Virus record (IMG/VR): IMGVR_UViG_3300037310_000278
Location: 1 to 44,580 of that record
Direction: 5' to 3' (one strand)
Source of the DNA: a virus
Taxonomy: Duplodnaviria > Caudoviricetes
DNA length: 44,580 nt
Positions 16,032 through 25,700 of this stretch are shown in pieces; position 1 is the first letter of the stretch; every line of letters begins with the position of its first letter. The notes under the pieces were generated by a model. That model was not told where the DNA came from and made no database searches. It saw nothing but the letters and a program-made list of their open reading frames with translations. The position numbers were made by a program, and so were the translations under genes.

Positions 16032-17401
16032 TGATACCGAAATACCGGCCATGGCAGGAACCAATGGGCGCGCACCTGGCGCGCTGGAACCGCTGCGCGC
16101 TGTTTGCCGGCATGGGCTCCGGCAAGACGCTCGTCACCCTCGACCTGCTGTCGCTGGGCGGCCAGCTCGACGAGGCCCCGGCGCTAGTCATCGCACCGAA
16201 GCGGGTGGCGCAAACGGTCTGGCCGCAGGAGGTCGGCAAATGGCCGCACCTGCGCGGGCTCAAGGTCGAGTGCGTGGTCGGCAGCGAGAGCCAGCGGCTC
16301 GCAGCCCTGTCGCGGCGGGCCGACGTGTACTCGGTCAACTATGACGTGTTGCCGTGGCTGGTCATGCACTACGGCGCGAAGTGGCCGTTCCGTACCATCA
16401 TCGCCGACGAACTCACCCGCTTGCGATCGTACCGCGCCCGGCAGGGCGGCAGGCGGGCGGCAGCGCTGGCCCGCGTTGCGCACACGCCGACGGTGCGCAC
16501 CTTCGTCGGCCTTACCGGAACGCCGACGCCGAACGGCATCCTGAGCCTGTGGGGGCAGATGTGGTTCGTCGACCGGGGCGAGCGCCTCGGCCGGACGTTC
16601 TCGGCGTTCGCGCAGCGCTGGTTCTACCCGGATCAGAGCGGCTATGGCCTAGTGCCGGTGCCGGGGGCGCAGGAGGAAATACAGGAGCGGATCAGGGATA
16701 TCTGTCTGTCGGTCAACCCGCGCGACTACATGGGCATTCCGGAGCCGATCGTCACCGACATCCGTGTCGAGCTGCCGGCTTCGGCCCGCAAGGTCTACCG
16801 GGAAATGGAGCGCAGGCTTTGGGCCGAGCTGTCCGACGGCACGATGCTGGAGGCCGTGCACGCGGCGGCGCGCTCGATCAAGTGCCTGCAAATCGCCAAC
16901 GGTACCGTGTACACGGACGAGGAAAGGTCTGTCTGGCAGGCCCTGCACGGCGCCAAGATCGAAGCGCTGGAAAGCATCGTCGAGGAAGCCAACGGCATGC
17001 CGGTGCTCGTCGCCTATCAATTCCGCCACGACCTGGCGCGGCTGCTGAAAGCCTTTCCCGGCAGCGTCGATTTCGGCAGCACGCCGGACGCCGAGGCGCG
17101 CTGGAACGCCGGGCAAATTCCCGTCATGTTCGTCCATCCGGCCAGCGCCGGCCACGGCTGCAACCTGCAATGGGGCGGCAATATCCTGGCGTTCTACGGG
17201 CACTGGTGGAACACCGAGGAACGCGAGCAGGTTATCGAACGCATCGGTCCGGTGCGCCAGTTCCAGGCGGAGCTGCACCGACCGGTCTTCATCTACAACA
17301 TCGTCGCCGACAAGACCGTCGACGACATTGTGCTCAGGCGTCACGCCACGCGGCGGGACGTGCAGGAGCTACTCATCGAAACCTTGAAAGGAACCGTCTG
17401 A
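16031..17401 (+). CDS. SNF2-family helicase
   Basis: MGSGKT, IIADE, LTGTP, SAGHGCNLQ, QVIERIG..RQ. Confidence 0.9.
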   Translation: MIPKYRPWQEPMGAHLARWNRCALFAGMGSGKTLVTLDLLSLGGQLDEAPALVIAPKRVAQTVWPQEVGKWPHLRGLKVECVVGSESQRLAALSRRADVYSVNYDVLPWLVMHYGAKWPFRTIIADELTRLRSYRARQGGRRAAALARVAHTPTVRTFVGLTGTPTPNGILSLWGQMWFVDRGERLGRTFSAFAQRWFYPDQSGYGLVPVPGAQEEIQERIRDICLSVNPRDYMGIPEPIVTDIRVELPASARKVYREMERRLWAELSDGTMLEAVHAAARSIKCLQIANGTVYTDEERSVWQALHGAKIEALESIVEEANGMPVLVAYQFRHDLARLLKAFPGSVDFGSTPDAEARWNAGQIPVMFVHPASAGHGCNLQWGGNILAFYGHWWNTEEREQVIERIGPVRQFQAELHRPVFIYNIVADKTVDDIVLRRHATRRDVQELLIETLKGTV

Positions 17402-17402
17402 C

Positions 17403-17687
17403 ATGAACACCGAACACATTATCAGCAAACGCCAGAACACGCACGGTTCTTACGCCGTGTCCGCGAACATGGCTGACGCGATCACGCTGACAATCGAGAA
17501 GAGCCCCAATTGGTCAAGCATGCCGGCGGGGGTACGCAACGCGTTTCGCATGATCGCCGTCAAGCTGGCGCGTGCCGCGTGCGGAAACTGGAAAGAGAAA
17601 GACCACTACGCGGATATCAGCGGCTACGCGGTCCTGGCGCTCCGCTCCTTGCCCGCAGAACCGGGCGTTGACACTCCGGAGAGCTAA
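17403..17687 (+). CDS. DUF6378-like protein
   Basis: RQNTHGSY...MIAVKLAR...DHYADISGYAVL. Confidence 0.7.
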   Translation: MNTEHIISKRQNTHGSYAVSANMADAITLTIEKSPNWSSMPAGVRNAFRMIAVKLARAACGNWKEKDHYADISGYAVLALRSLPAEPGVDTPES

Positions 17688-17992
17688 GGCTGTCGCGGCG
17701 CCGGACAGTCGAAAGGCAACGCGCCGCCAGCGTCGACAATCCACCGACAGAGGCGTGCCCCGGCGGCGCTGAGGCGCTGACCCCACAGCTCGATTTCAAT
17801 GTCGTAAAGCGCGGCGGCTTGCTCGCTGGTCACGATATCAGCAGGAGCCACCGGCTTGGGTTCAACGAGCGCTTTAACGTCCGCCGCAGCCGGGAATATC
17901 GGCTGTATCCGTTCCTTGCTCGCGCAGGCGCTGACAGCCAAGGCGAACGCGAACAGCACTAGGTACCGTGTCGGGAGTTTCGGAGACTGCAT
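17684..17992 (-). CDS. Outer-membrane spanin lipoprotein (Rz1-like)
   Basis: ATG at 17992, signal peptide with lipobox LAVSA-C, proline-rich, overlaps the i-spanin 3' end. Confidence 0.65.
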   Translation of the reverse strand: MQSPKLPTRYLVLFAFALAVSACASKERIQPIFPAAADVKALVEPKPVAPADIVTSEQAAALYDIEIELWGQRLSAAGARLCRWIVDAGGALPFDCPAPRQP

Positions 17993-18254
17993 CGATAAGC
18001 CTTTCTTTGGTCGCGGCTTCTTCCACCATGTCGGCGACACGGTCGAGACTCGCCCGCTCGTCGGCATTGCTTTTCGTTTCGAGGGCGGCGGCGTTCGCCA
18101 GTGCACGGGCGGCGTCGGCCCGTGCGCGCTCCTTGGCGGCGCCTTGCCATAGGCCGATCACGATGCCGAGCGCGAAGCCGACACCAAACCCGGCGAGCGA
18201 CGGCCACCAGTTTCGCAGAAACGCCGTGGCACCGGCTACGAAGGGAAGTACCAT
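17874..18254 (-). CDS. Inner-membrane spanin (Rz-like)
   Basis: N-terminal TM helix, Ala-rich coiled coil, C-terminal Cys residues, downstream of the endolysin. Confidence 0.7.
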   Translation of the reverse strand: MVLPFVAGATAFLRNWWPSLAGFGVGFALGIVIGLWQGAAKERARADAARALANAAALETKSNADERASLDRVADMVEEAATKERLIDAVSETPDTVPSAVRVRLGCQRLREQGTDTADIPGCGGR

Positions 18255-18255
18255 G

Positions 18256-18546
18256 CTACTGGCCTTTCAACCGTTGGACTTTTGACGTGACGGTGCTTCC
18301 AAACCAGAATCCGGTGACCATGGTAGCAAGGCCAATCCACGCCTGGATGATGGCACCACGCGTCTCGGCCGTTATACCATGTATGCCGAGGATGTAGAAA
18401 GATACGCAGGCAAAAGCCGAAATGATGGCGACCGACAGCCACAGCAACGGCTGGTAGCCGATGACCTGCGACGCCGGCGAAGGCGGCGCCTGGGTCGGGG
18501 TTGGGGCCGGAGCCGGCGCCGGAGGGGTTTCTCCGGGGACGATCAT
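18256..18546 (-). CDS. Holin-like two-TM membrane protein
   Basis: Two hydrophobic helices, GFWFGS motif and basic tail, within the lysis cassette. Confidence 0.65.
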   Translation of the reverse strand: MIVPGETPPAPAPAPTPTQAPPSPASQVIGYQPLLWLSVAIISAFACVSFYILGIHGITAETRGAIIQAWIGLATMVTGFWFGSTVTSKVQRLKGQ

Positions 18547-19127
18547 TCCGGCACCGCTGGGGTCGCCACGCGATGCAGCAACCAGCCGAAGGCAAAACTT
18601 TCGTTGCTACCCCGGCTCTCGATCAGGGTGAGGTAGCGCACTGCCTGGGACGAATTGAGCGCGGCGACGAGGGCCTTCTCCCCCGGCGCGCCGCGCTCTT
18701 TCAGGAACGCCCCCAGCGCTCCCAGGGTCGCTGGCCCGATACGCCCGTCGACACCGATATCGCGATAGCTCTTCCCCTGCCGGTTGAGTGCGTTCAGCCA
18801 GCGCTGCAACCAGTAGATTGGGCCGTCGAGCGTCTTGGCGTTGCCGGCACCCATGTTGACGTAGCTGTCGATCAGCTCGGCGGCGACAGGTATCGAGTGC
18901 TGCGCAACGCCGTCAAGGTTCGGCCCCGACACATAGCTCTTCCAGTAAATGGAAAAAGCCACGTCGCGGGGCAAGTCCTGCATCCGCCCCGTGTAGTTGT
19001 GCGCCCGCGCGACCCGCTCGGTAATGCCGTACTTGGTCGCGCCGCCGGGATCGTTCGGATGATCGACGTAGCCGCCCTCCCGGTCGATGATGCCGTCTAT
19101 GATTGAAGCAATCGGATTGTCACTCAC
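18543..19127 (-). CDS. Endolysin, glycoside hydrolase family 108 with peptidoglycan-binding domain
   Basis: EGGYVDHPNDPGGATKYGIT, VDGRIGPATL, ESFAFGWLLHRV; GTG start at 19127. Confidence 0.9.
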   Translation of the reverse strand: MSDNPIASIIDGIIDREGGYVDHPNDPGGATKYGITERVARAHNYTGRMQDLPRDVAFSIYWKSYVSGPNLDGVAQHSIPVAAELIDSYVNMGAGNAKTLDGPIYWLQRWLNALNRQGKSYRDIGVDGRIGPATLGALGAFLKERGAPGEKALVAALNSSQAVRYLTLIESRGSNESFAFGWLLHRVATPAVPE

Positions 19128-19327
19128 CGGAGCATTTCCTTCACGACAAGCCAGGCACCCGATACGCCGGCGGCCAGCCCCGACACCCATTTGACGAATT
19201 TGCCAAAAACACTGAAACTACGCCAGAGGGCAAGAAGTTCCTCGACGTCTTCGGACAATTTGTGTACACGATCTTCAAGCAACACGAGCTGGTTGTGCAC
19301 CACTTGAATGTCGGGAATTTTGTCCAT
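19124..19327 (-). CDS. Coiled-coil plus single-TM protein (holin/antiholin-like)
   Basis: Heptad stretch followed by a C-terminal hydrophobic helix; GTGA overlap with the endolysin; start may extend to 19354. Confidence 0.55.
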   Translation of the reverse strand: MDKIPDIQVVHNQLVLLEDRVHKLSEDVEELLALWRSFSVFGKFVKWVSGLAAGVSGAWLVVKEMLR

Positions 19328-19371
19328 CTCGCTTTTTTCCTTTTTACTGAACACAATGCGACCCTCCGGCG

Positions 19372-19779
19372 CTATGCCGGTGCTACTCCGGCCAGCACTT
19401 GCGCCGCCCGACCGGCGCCAATGAGGCCAACACTTTCGAGATAGTTGACGCCGGCTATCGTAACCTCGTGCGTGAGGTCGATATCGGCTGCTATTTTTGA
19501 TAGCTCTATGAAATCCTGCACCATGGTGTTCGTGCTGCCCCGGATGGCTGTGCGCTCGGCCGCCGTGAAGAGGAGCTGGAATTTCAGCCGCGAGACCGGC
19601 ACGGCATGAGGCGTGTCGACGAAGCCCTTGAGCGACGGCGACCAGATGGTGAGCGGCGGCGTCGTCATGGCGGACGCGGGGACCACGGCCACGCCCTGAC
19701 CGCCAGCCGGCGAGGGTTCTGTCGTGTGCAGCGCGCCGATTTGCGCGCCCGTTGTCGTGTCGAAAAGTAGCCAGGTCAT
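19372..19779 (-). CDS. Tail fibre assembly/chaperone-like protein
   Basis: ATG at 19779 overlapping the fibre stop; KFQLLFTAAER...GVNYLESVGLIGAGRAAQVL C-terminal motif typical of post-fibre genes. Confidence 0.6.
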   Translation of the reverse strand: MTWLLFDTTTGAQIGALHTTEPSPAGGQGVAVVPASAMTTPPLTIWSPSLKGFVDTPHAVPVSRLKFQLLFTAAERTAIRGSTNTMVQDFIELSKIAADIDLTHEVTIAGVNYLESVGLIGAGRAAQVLAGVAPA

Positions 19780-22685
19780 ATCGAAACGAAACTTTCTGCC
19801 GGTGTCTGCAACCCGCTGTTGCTGTTGCTCCTGATGATTGTCGCGCGCACTTCGGCCGTCAGCGGCAGCGTAGTGGCGTTGGACACGTAGACCTCGTGTG
19901 TTGGCGCTGCTGGCTCCCCGGGGCCATACACTTCCGCAGGACCGTTGGACGCGGTCCACGCGCCTTCCGAGTACCGCCATTCGATTTGAATATAGGCCGT
20001 GCCGATACCGACAGGGGCGTCAAGCCGTGCGCGCGCTGTCACCAGCCGGGACGATCCGGCCGGCAGCACGAAGCCGAGCGGGGTCGACGGCGCGAACGCT
20101 ATTTTCTGGAAGTCGCCGGTGGCCACGCCGGCGATGGCCTCCACGCGGATAGGAAGCTGGAAAACGCGATTCGCCGTAGCCGATGCCTTGGTCCAATAAC
20201 TCGCCCACATGACCTCGACGCCGCCGGGGACGTCCGCCGTACTTTCGTACCACCCCGCCGGCGTTCCCGTGCCTGGCGGAGGGGTTGTCGGCCGGATGGT
20301 GGCCCGCTGGTAGACAGCGCCGTAAGAGCTGCCGTCGATGCCGTCGACACCATCGACGCCATTGGTGCCGTCGGTGCCATTGGTGCCGTCGGTGCCGTCG
20401 GTGCCGTTGGTGCCATCGGTCCCGGCCGCTCCCGCTGGGCCGAAACCGATATCGAGAAACCGGCAGCCCGGCGTCAACAGGCTACAATCGAAATAGAATT
20501 TCAAATTGGCAGCGGCGGGGATGGTGCGCTCGACGACACCGTTGCGCAGGTAGCGGATCGTCTTGCCGTCGTAGACCACGGCGAAAACGGTGTTCGTATC
20601 GCAGGGATAGCCCGTCGCAACCGGAACGCCGCTCTCATAGATTGCGCACGTTCCGTTGTTGTCGATGAACCAGGCATGATCGAGGCTCGTGTAACTACTG
20701 TCAGTACCGGGGTCGCTATTCAATCCAGCCATCAATTGCGCGTTTGTCTGGCCGGCCCGGAACGAACAGAAAGCCCCGCCAACCCAGGCTTCGGTCGAAT
20801 AGCAATCACTGTTCCAATCATAGCTACCGCCGTTCTTGATAACGCTGTTGCTGGCGACGACGGCGAAGCCCCTGGGGAAAAGCCCGAACGGCGCCGGCCC
20901 TCGATACGGCGACCAGACATAGTCCGCCGGGTTGGTGCTTTCGGTTGGAGACAGCCTGTTGTTGGCGATGCCAATATAGGCGCGCGTCCCCGGAGCGGCA
21001 GTGGTGAAGTCGACGACACCGTCAGGGGAATTGGCGTAGGCGAACCACGTGTAGAAAGAGGCGCCGTCGACGCCGTCGATGCCGTCGGTGCCGGGCACCC
21101 CGACGATCCGGAAAGGCGCGGTCCAAGTAGCCCCGCCATCGGTCGAGAACCGCGCATAGAGGTCGTTGCTGGCGAAAATAGCGTGCCAGCCGTCGACCCC
21201 GTTGACACTGTATTCGGCTTGTGTGGACAGGCCGTCGGCGCCTTTTACGCCGGTCAGTCGCACCGGGTTCGACCAGACAGACAGCAGCGCGTTATTGGCG
21301 CCGTTGGCGCGCGCCTGTGACATCCAGACCGGGTTGGACGGGTTGACCGGGGGCGCCGTGCTCCAACCTTCCGGCGGGGCGTTGCCGGTGCCCCCCGTCG
21401 GGGCCCCTGGCGCCGTCGGACTTTCCCTGAAAATGAAGCTGCGATATTCGCCTGGCAGGCCGTCGCCATCTTCGCCGACAATCTTGAACGGCAGGGTCCA
21501 CGTCAGGCCGTTGTCGGAAGAGAATTGTGCGTAGATATCCCCCGGCGTGAATACCGGATGCCAGGCCGTGGCGCCATCGACGCTGTAGCGCACCGCTGTC
21601 GACACGCCGTCCGCCCCGTCGACGCCATCGACGCCCGTGATTCGCAGCGGCGGCGACCACGCCGACAGTAGGGCGTTGTTGGCGCCACTGGCGCGCGCCT
21701 TGGAGAGCCACCATACCGGGTTGCCCGGAACGCCGGAGGGGCTGTCCACCCAACCCGCCGGTGGGGCATTGCCGGTCCCCCCGGTCGGTGTTTCCGGCTG
21801 CGTATCGCTAGCCCTGAAAATAAAACTTATGTACTCGCCCGGAATGCCGTCGCCATCCTCACCGACAATCTTGAACGGCAGGGTCCACGTTACGCCGTCG
21901 TCGTTCGAGAACCGCGCGTAAATATCCCCCACGGTGAACGCCGGATGCCAGGCCGTGGCGCCGTCGACGCTGTACTGGATGATGACCGAATTGCCGTCGG
22001 CGCCATCGAGGGGCGCGAAAAGCGTCCAGATGTAATCCTCAGGATTGCTGCTTTCGACCGACGTTGTCTTGTTGAAGGCCCAACCGATATAGCGGCGCGG
22101 GCCGGGTTCGCCGGTGGTGAAATTGATCAGGCCGTCCGGACTGTCGGCGTAGGCGACCCAAGTGTAGTTGAACGCGACGGGGCCGTCGCCGCCGCCGCCC
22201 GTTACCGCGATGGGATTGCCGTTGGCATCGAACCCCAAAATCTTATTCGCGCGGTCGGGCTTCAACGGCAGTTCGCCGAGGCTTTCCCCGAAAGCCACGC
22301 GCAGGCTGCGATTGATCCGGGCGAGCAATTGCTGGTCGTCGATAACCAGCTTGTCGAGCACTTGGTTGAGGGTGCGCGGGAAAAAGCCGCCGGTGTTGGT
22401 GAACACTGCGCTTTGCAGCATTGGCTGGTCGGTGGTGATACGCAGCACTTCACCCGTCGGCAGCGGCACCGACAGCGTCACGATACCGCCTGGATTGACG
22501 TCCTGGTCGCCGTTGAGCGACACGGTGAAATCGGCGCCGTAGACCAGGATCGACGAAACTTCGTTCTTCACCTTGACGGCGACAACGTCCGTTGGTGTGA
22601 ACGCCACGAATTCGAAGGGGAACGTGGTTTGCAGCCCCGTGCCGAGGTAGTCTGGTGAAACCCGAACGGTTGTCGATATGGCCAT
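19776..22685 (-). CDS. Tail fibre / host-specificity protein
   Basis: T7-like N-terminal adaptor (GTGLQTTFPFEF...LDKL), internal duplicated modules and collagen-like GxD repeats. Confidence 0.85.
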   Translation of the reverse strand: MAISTTVRVSPDYLGTGLQTTFPFEFVAFTPTDVVAVKVKNEVSSILVYGADFTVSLNGDQDVNPGGIVTLSVPLPTGEVLRITTDQPMLQSAVFTNTGGFFPRTLNQVLDKLVIDDQQLLARINRSLRVAFGESLGELPLKPDRANKILGFDANGNPIAVTGGGGDGPVAFNYTWVAYADSPDGLINFTTGEPGPRRYIGWAFNKTTSVESSNPEDYIWTLFAPLDGADGNSVIIQYSVDGATAWHPAFTVGDIYARFSNDDGVTWTLPFKIVGEDGDGIPGEYISFIFRASDTQPETPTGGTGNAPPAGWVDSPSGVPGNPVWWLSKARASGANNALLSAWSPPLRITGVDGVDGADGVSTAVRYSVDGATAWHPVFTPGDIYAQFSSDNGLTWTLPFKIVGEDGDGLPGEYRSFIFRESPTAPGAPTGGTGNAPPEGWSTAPPVNPSNPVWMSQARANGANNALLSVWSNPVRLTGVKGADGLSTQAEYSVNGVDGWHAIFASNDLYARFSTDGGATWTAPFRIVGVPGTDGIDGVDGASFYTWFAYANSPDGVVDFTTAAPGTRAYIGIANNRLSPTESTNPADYVWSPYRGPAPFGLFPRGFAVVASNSVIKNGGSYDWNSDCYSTEAWVGGAFCSFRAGQTNAQLMAGLNSDPGTDSSYTSLDHAWFIDNNGTCAIYESGVPVATGYPCDTNTVFAVVYDGKTIRYLRNGVVERTIPAAANLKFYFDCSLLTPGCRFLDIGFGPAGAAGTDGTNGTDGTDGTNGTDGTNGVDGVDGIDGSSYGAVYQRATIRPTTPPPGTGTPAGWYESTADVPGGVEVMWASYWTKASATANRVFQLPIRVEAIAGVATGDFQKIAFAPSTPLGFVLPAGSSRLVTARARLDAPVGIGTAYIQIEWRYSEGAWTASNGPAEVYGPGEPAAPTHEVYVSNATTLPLTAEVRATIIRSNSNSGLQTPAESFVSI

Positions 22686-22691
22686 GGAATG

Positions 22692-22721
22692 CCATTACTC
22701 CCTAGCTGTGTGCACAAGTTC
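22692..22721 (-). promoter_or_regulatory. Putative late promoter upstream of the tail fibre
   Basis: GAACTTGTGCAC-N12-TAATGG. Confidence 0.6.
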
Positions 22722-22722
22722 T

Positions 22723-25700
22723 CTATTCAAGCGGCGGACCAACCAGCGGAGCCGCCGCGCCAGCCTCGCCTTCGGCCAGTGCCACGCTGCCCCGCAGCGA
22801 CCGGTCAAGCTGCCCTGCCGGGTAGTGCAGGAAGATGCCCGCCGTGCTGTTTAGCGACCGCAGCAGCGCTTCGTCCACCTCGCCCTGCCGGGCCTGCGTG
22901 ACCAGCTTGTCGGCTTCTGTAAACAGCCGCAAGCCGGCCGGCCCCGTATAGGTGACTTCGGCGTCGACCGCGACGCCAAGCTCGCGGGCTCCGACAAACA
23001 GGCCGAGCATGTACGCAGCATTGGCTTCGACAAGGTTGCGAGCCACGTCTTCGGGTTCGTCATCCCCGCCGCCGCGAAGCGCCTGTTTCATCAGCTCGCC
23101 AAGCGTCGCCGGCAGGAAGGTGAGCAGCATGACGTTGGCCGCGAACAAGGGCAGCTTGCCGCTGCGCTTGAGGTCGGCGTACTCGTCGGCAAGCAGATTC
23201 ATTGTCGCCGAGAAATAGCTGTAGAAATTGGTGAACAGCCGCATGTACGGCGTACCGCGCTGCACGCCGGCCAAATCCTTAATTTGCCCGCTGCCCTGCG
23301 TGTCAATGACGGCTTGGTCGGCAAGGGCTACTGCCTGTTCATGGGCGTCGCCCGCTTCGATCCTCGCTTCGTATTGGCCGAGCCAGGTCGGTATGTCCGC
23401 GATAAGCTGCAATTTAAGGATGAGGTAGAAATAGCTGTGCAGCACGGCGTCGGTGACGGGCTCCGGGATGACTCGCTCGATCGCCTTGCGTACCGGTGAC
23501 TTGTCCGTCACCGTGGCCATGATTTCCGCGATTTCGCGGTTGAAGGTCTTTCCGCGCAGCCGCATGAATGACGACTGCTGGTATATCCATTTGACCTTTT
23601 CGTTGATTTGCGCCGGCGCGCCCAACCACGCATGCAAGCCGCGCAGCACGGCTTTCGGACCGATTCGCGCCGCCGACTGCATGAGCCCGAGCGGTTGCAG
23701 CAACGCCGTCGACAGGTTCCATCCGAGGAAGGCAATCGTCACCCCGGACCGCACGTGGTTGGTGATTGCTTCCAGCGCAGTCATCGCAGGAATGTCGCCC
23801 ATGGCGATATCGCCAAGCGCCCTGCGCATCCAGCGCAGCATCTCCGGGCCGTAATGCCGGCGGATGGCATCGTCGACCTTCTCGCTGCGGATAATGCGGT
23901 TCGCGTCGATCAGATACTCATGCCAGGACAAGTCATGTATGACCTGGGCGACGTGTTCGAAGATGACCCCGAAGTCCTTGCGCACCGGGCGGTTGACTGC
24001 ATCGACGCGCTCCTTGACGTGCCCCCGGCGCGTTGTGGCGCGCGTCCGCAGTCCGCGCTGCATCTGCTGCATGACGCTGGTGGCGATATCGGCTTCGGCA
24101 CGCGACGACCGGTCGGGGTCATAGCTGATCGGATAATAGCCGCCGCGCAACAGCCGCAGCTCCCCGTCGGGCAGAACGACCTGGAACGGTTCGGCCTGCA
24201 CCTTCTGCGGCACGATGCCGCTGACGCGGCGCTCCTTGGCTTCCACCAGCGGCCAATAGCTATCGAGAAAGCTCCACACCGCTTCGACGAAGTCCCATTG
24301 TCCGGCGGTAAGCGGCGCGATGATCGCCTGGATTTGCGCGTCGTCGAAATTGTCGCCGCCAAGAACACGCTGGCGGTTCTGCGCGTTGCCGAGATTGAGC
24401 GCGACGCCAAGCCGGTCCTCCAGGCTGTAGCTCCTGCCGATTTCCGGTATGTACTGCCGGCTATGCGTGTCGCGCGGCAGCATGGCGAAGAGCTCGCGAA
24501 GCCTGACGGACGCTTCCTCGTTCATGCGTGCCTGCTTGTCGCCGGCACGGTTCATCGGCTCGATCAGATACCGCCATGTCGCGCCGCCGGCTTTCCCCCG
24601 CCCGCCGTCCATCATCTGCGCGACGTTGGCCAGCTTGCGATGCTGCGCGAAGTAGTCTCGGCCCTTGGTAGCGACTTTCTCGTACCAGTTACGTGTCGCC
24701 GTGACTTCCGGAACGGTCTTGTAGGCGTTCGACACAATGGCCGATTCGATACCCGCCACGGCATCGGCAAGTTGCGTGTCCTTGAGCGCCGTCAGAAGCT
24801 GCTTGGACAGCCGGCCGAGATGTTCAATGTTGCGCACCGCGTCGACCAAATCGCGAAAAGCCGCCACCGTCATTTCGCGGTATGGCAGCCGTCGCGCCTC
24901 GTCCAGAAGCTCATCGGCAAGCGCCGGTTCGAAACCCATTTCGCGCTGGGCTTCGATCCAGTCACGAAGCCGGGCGCGCCTGTCGGCGTCCTTGTTGCTT
25001 GTCGGGCGAAGGTCGAAGCGCTCCAGCAGGGCGTCAATCTGATCCATGTAGTCCGGATCAATCGCCTTGCGCACGCTGTCCTTGTCGAATTTCTTCAAGT
25101 ACTCGACGCCCTTGTCGACCTCGCCGCGCGCGGCAACAGTGCTCTTCGCGGCGTAGAAATGCAGAAGCTGTGCCCGCTTGGCGCTGGCCACACGTGCCCG
25201 ATTGCCTTCCGCCAGCGCCTTCCGGGCGTCGGCGGCGGCCTTGCGTTCGGCGCGTTCGTGCAGGGAAGGCAGCAGATGCCGGATATGGGTCTTGCCGATT
25301 TGTTCCTCGGCGTTTTCCCGTGCGGCCCTGGCAAGCGCGCGCCGCAGCGCCGGGGTGGCTTTTTCCGCCGCCAGCTCGGTGGCGACGATAGCCCCCCGGA
25401 CGTCGTTGTGCACGGCTTCGGAAACCGCAGCTTTTACCTGTTGGTCGCTGTTGAGGTCGCCGTACCTTTCGTTCATGCGCTGATCGGTTTCAGCTTCCAC
25501 CGCGTCCTTGAAGCTCGGCGTCAACAGCAACGTCTGGATGAAATGATCGGCCGAGGTGAAACCGAACATTTCCGCGTACTGTGTCGCCGATATGCCTTGC
25601 TTGGCGACCAGACCGCGCAGCCGGCGCGCGACCGCCGGGTTGGCCCGGTAGGTTTCCAGCCCCTGCTCGGACAGCTTGTAACGGCCCTCGAAAGGCGTAC

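Noticed and set aside
7819-17344. Long - strand ORFs such as 7819-9192 and 14243-15709
   Set aside because: Shadows of the primase, polymerase and helicase genes
19372-22685. Diversity-generating retroelement, expected by analogy with BPP-1
   Set aside because: No reverse transcriptase or Avd-like ORF was found, and no TR/VR pair differing only at adenines was seen; the fibre repeats diverge at all base types
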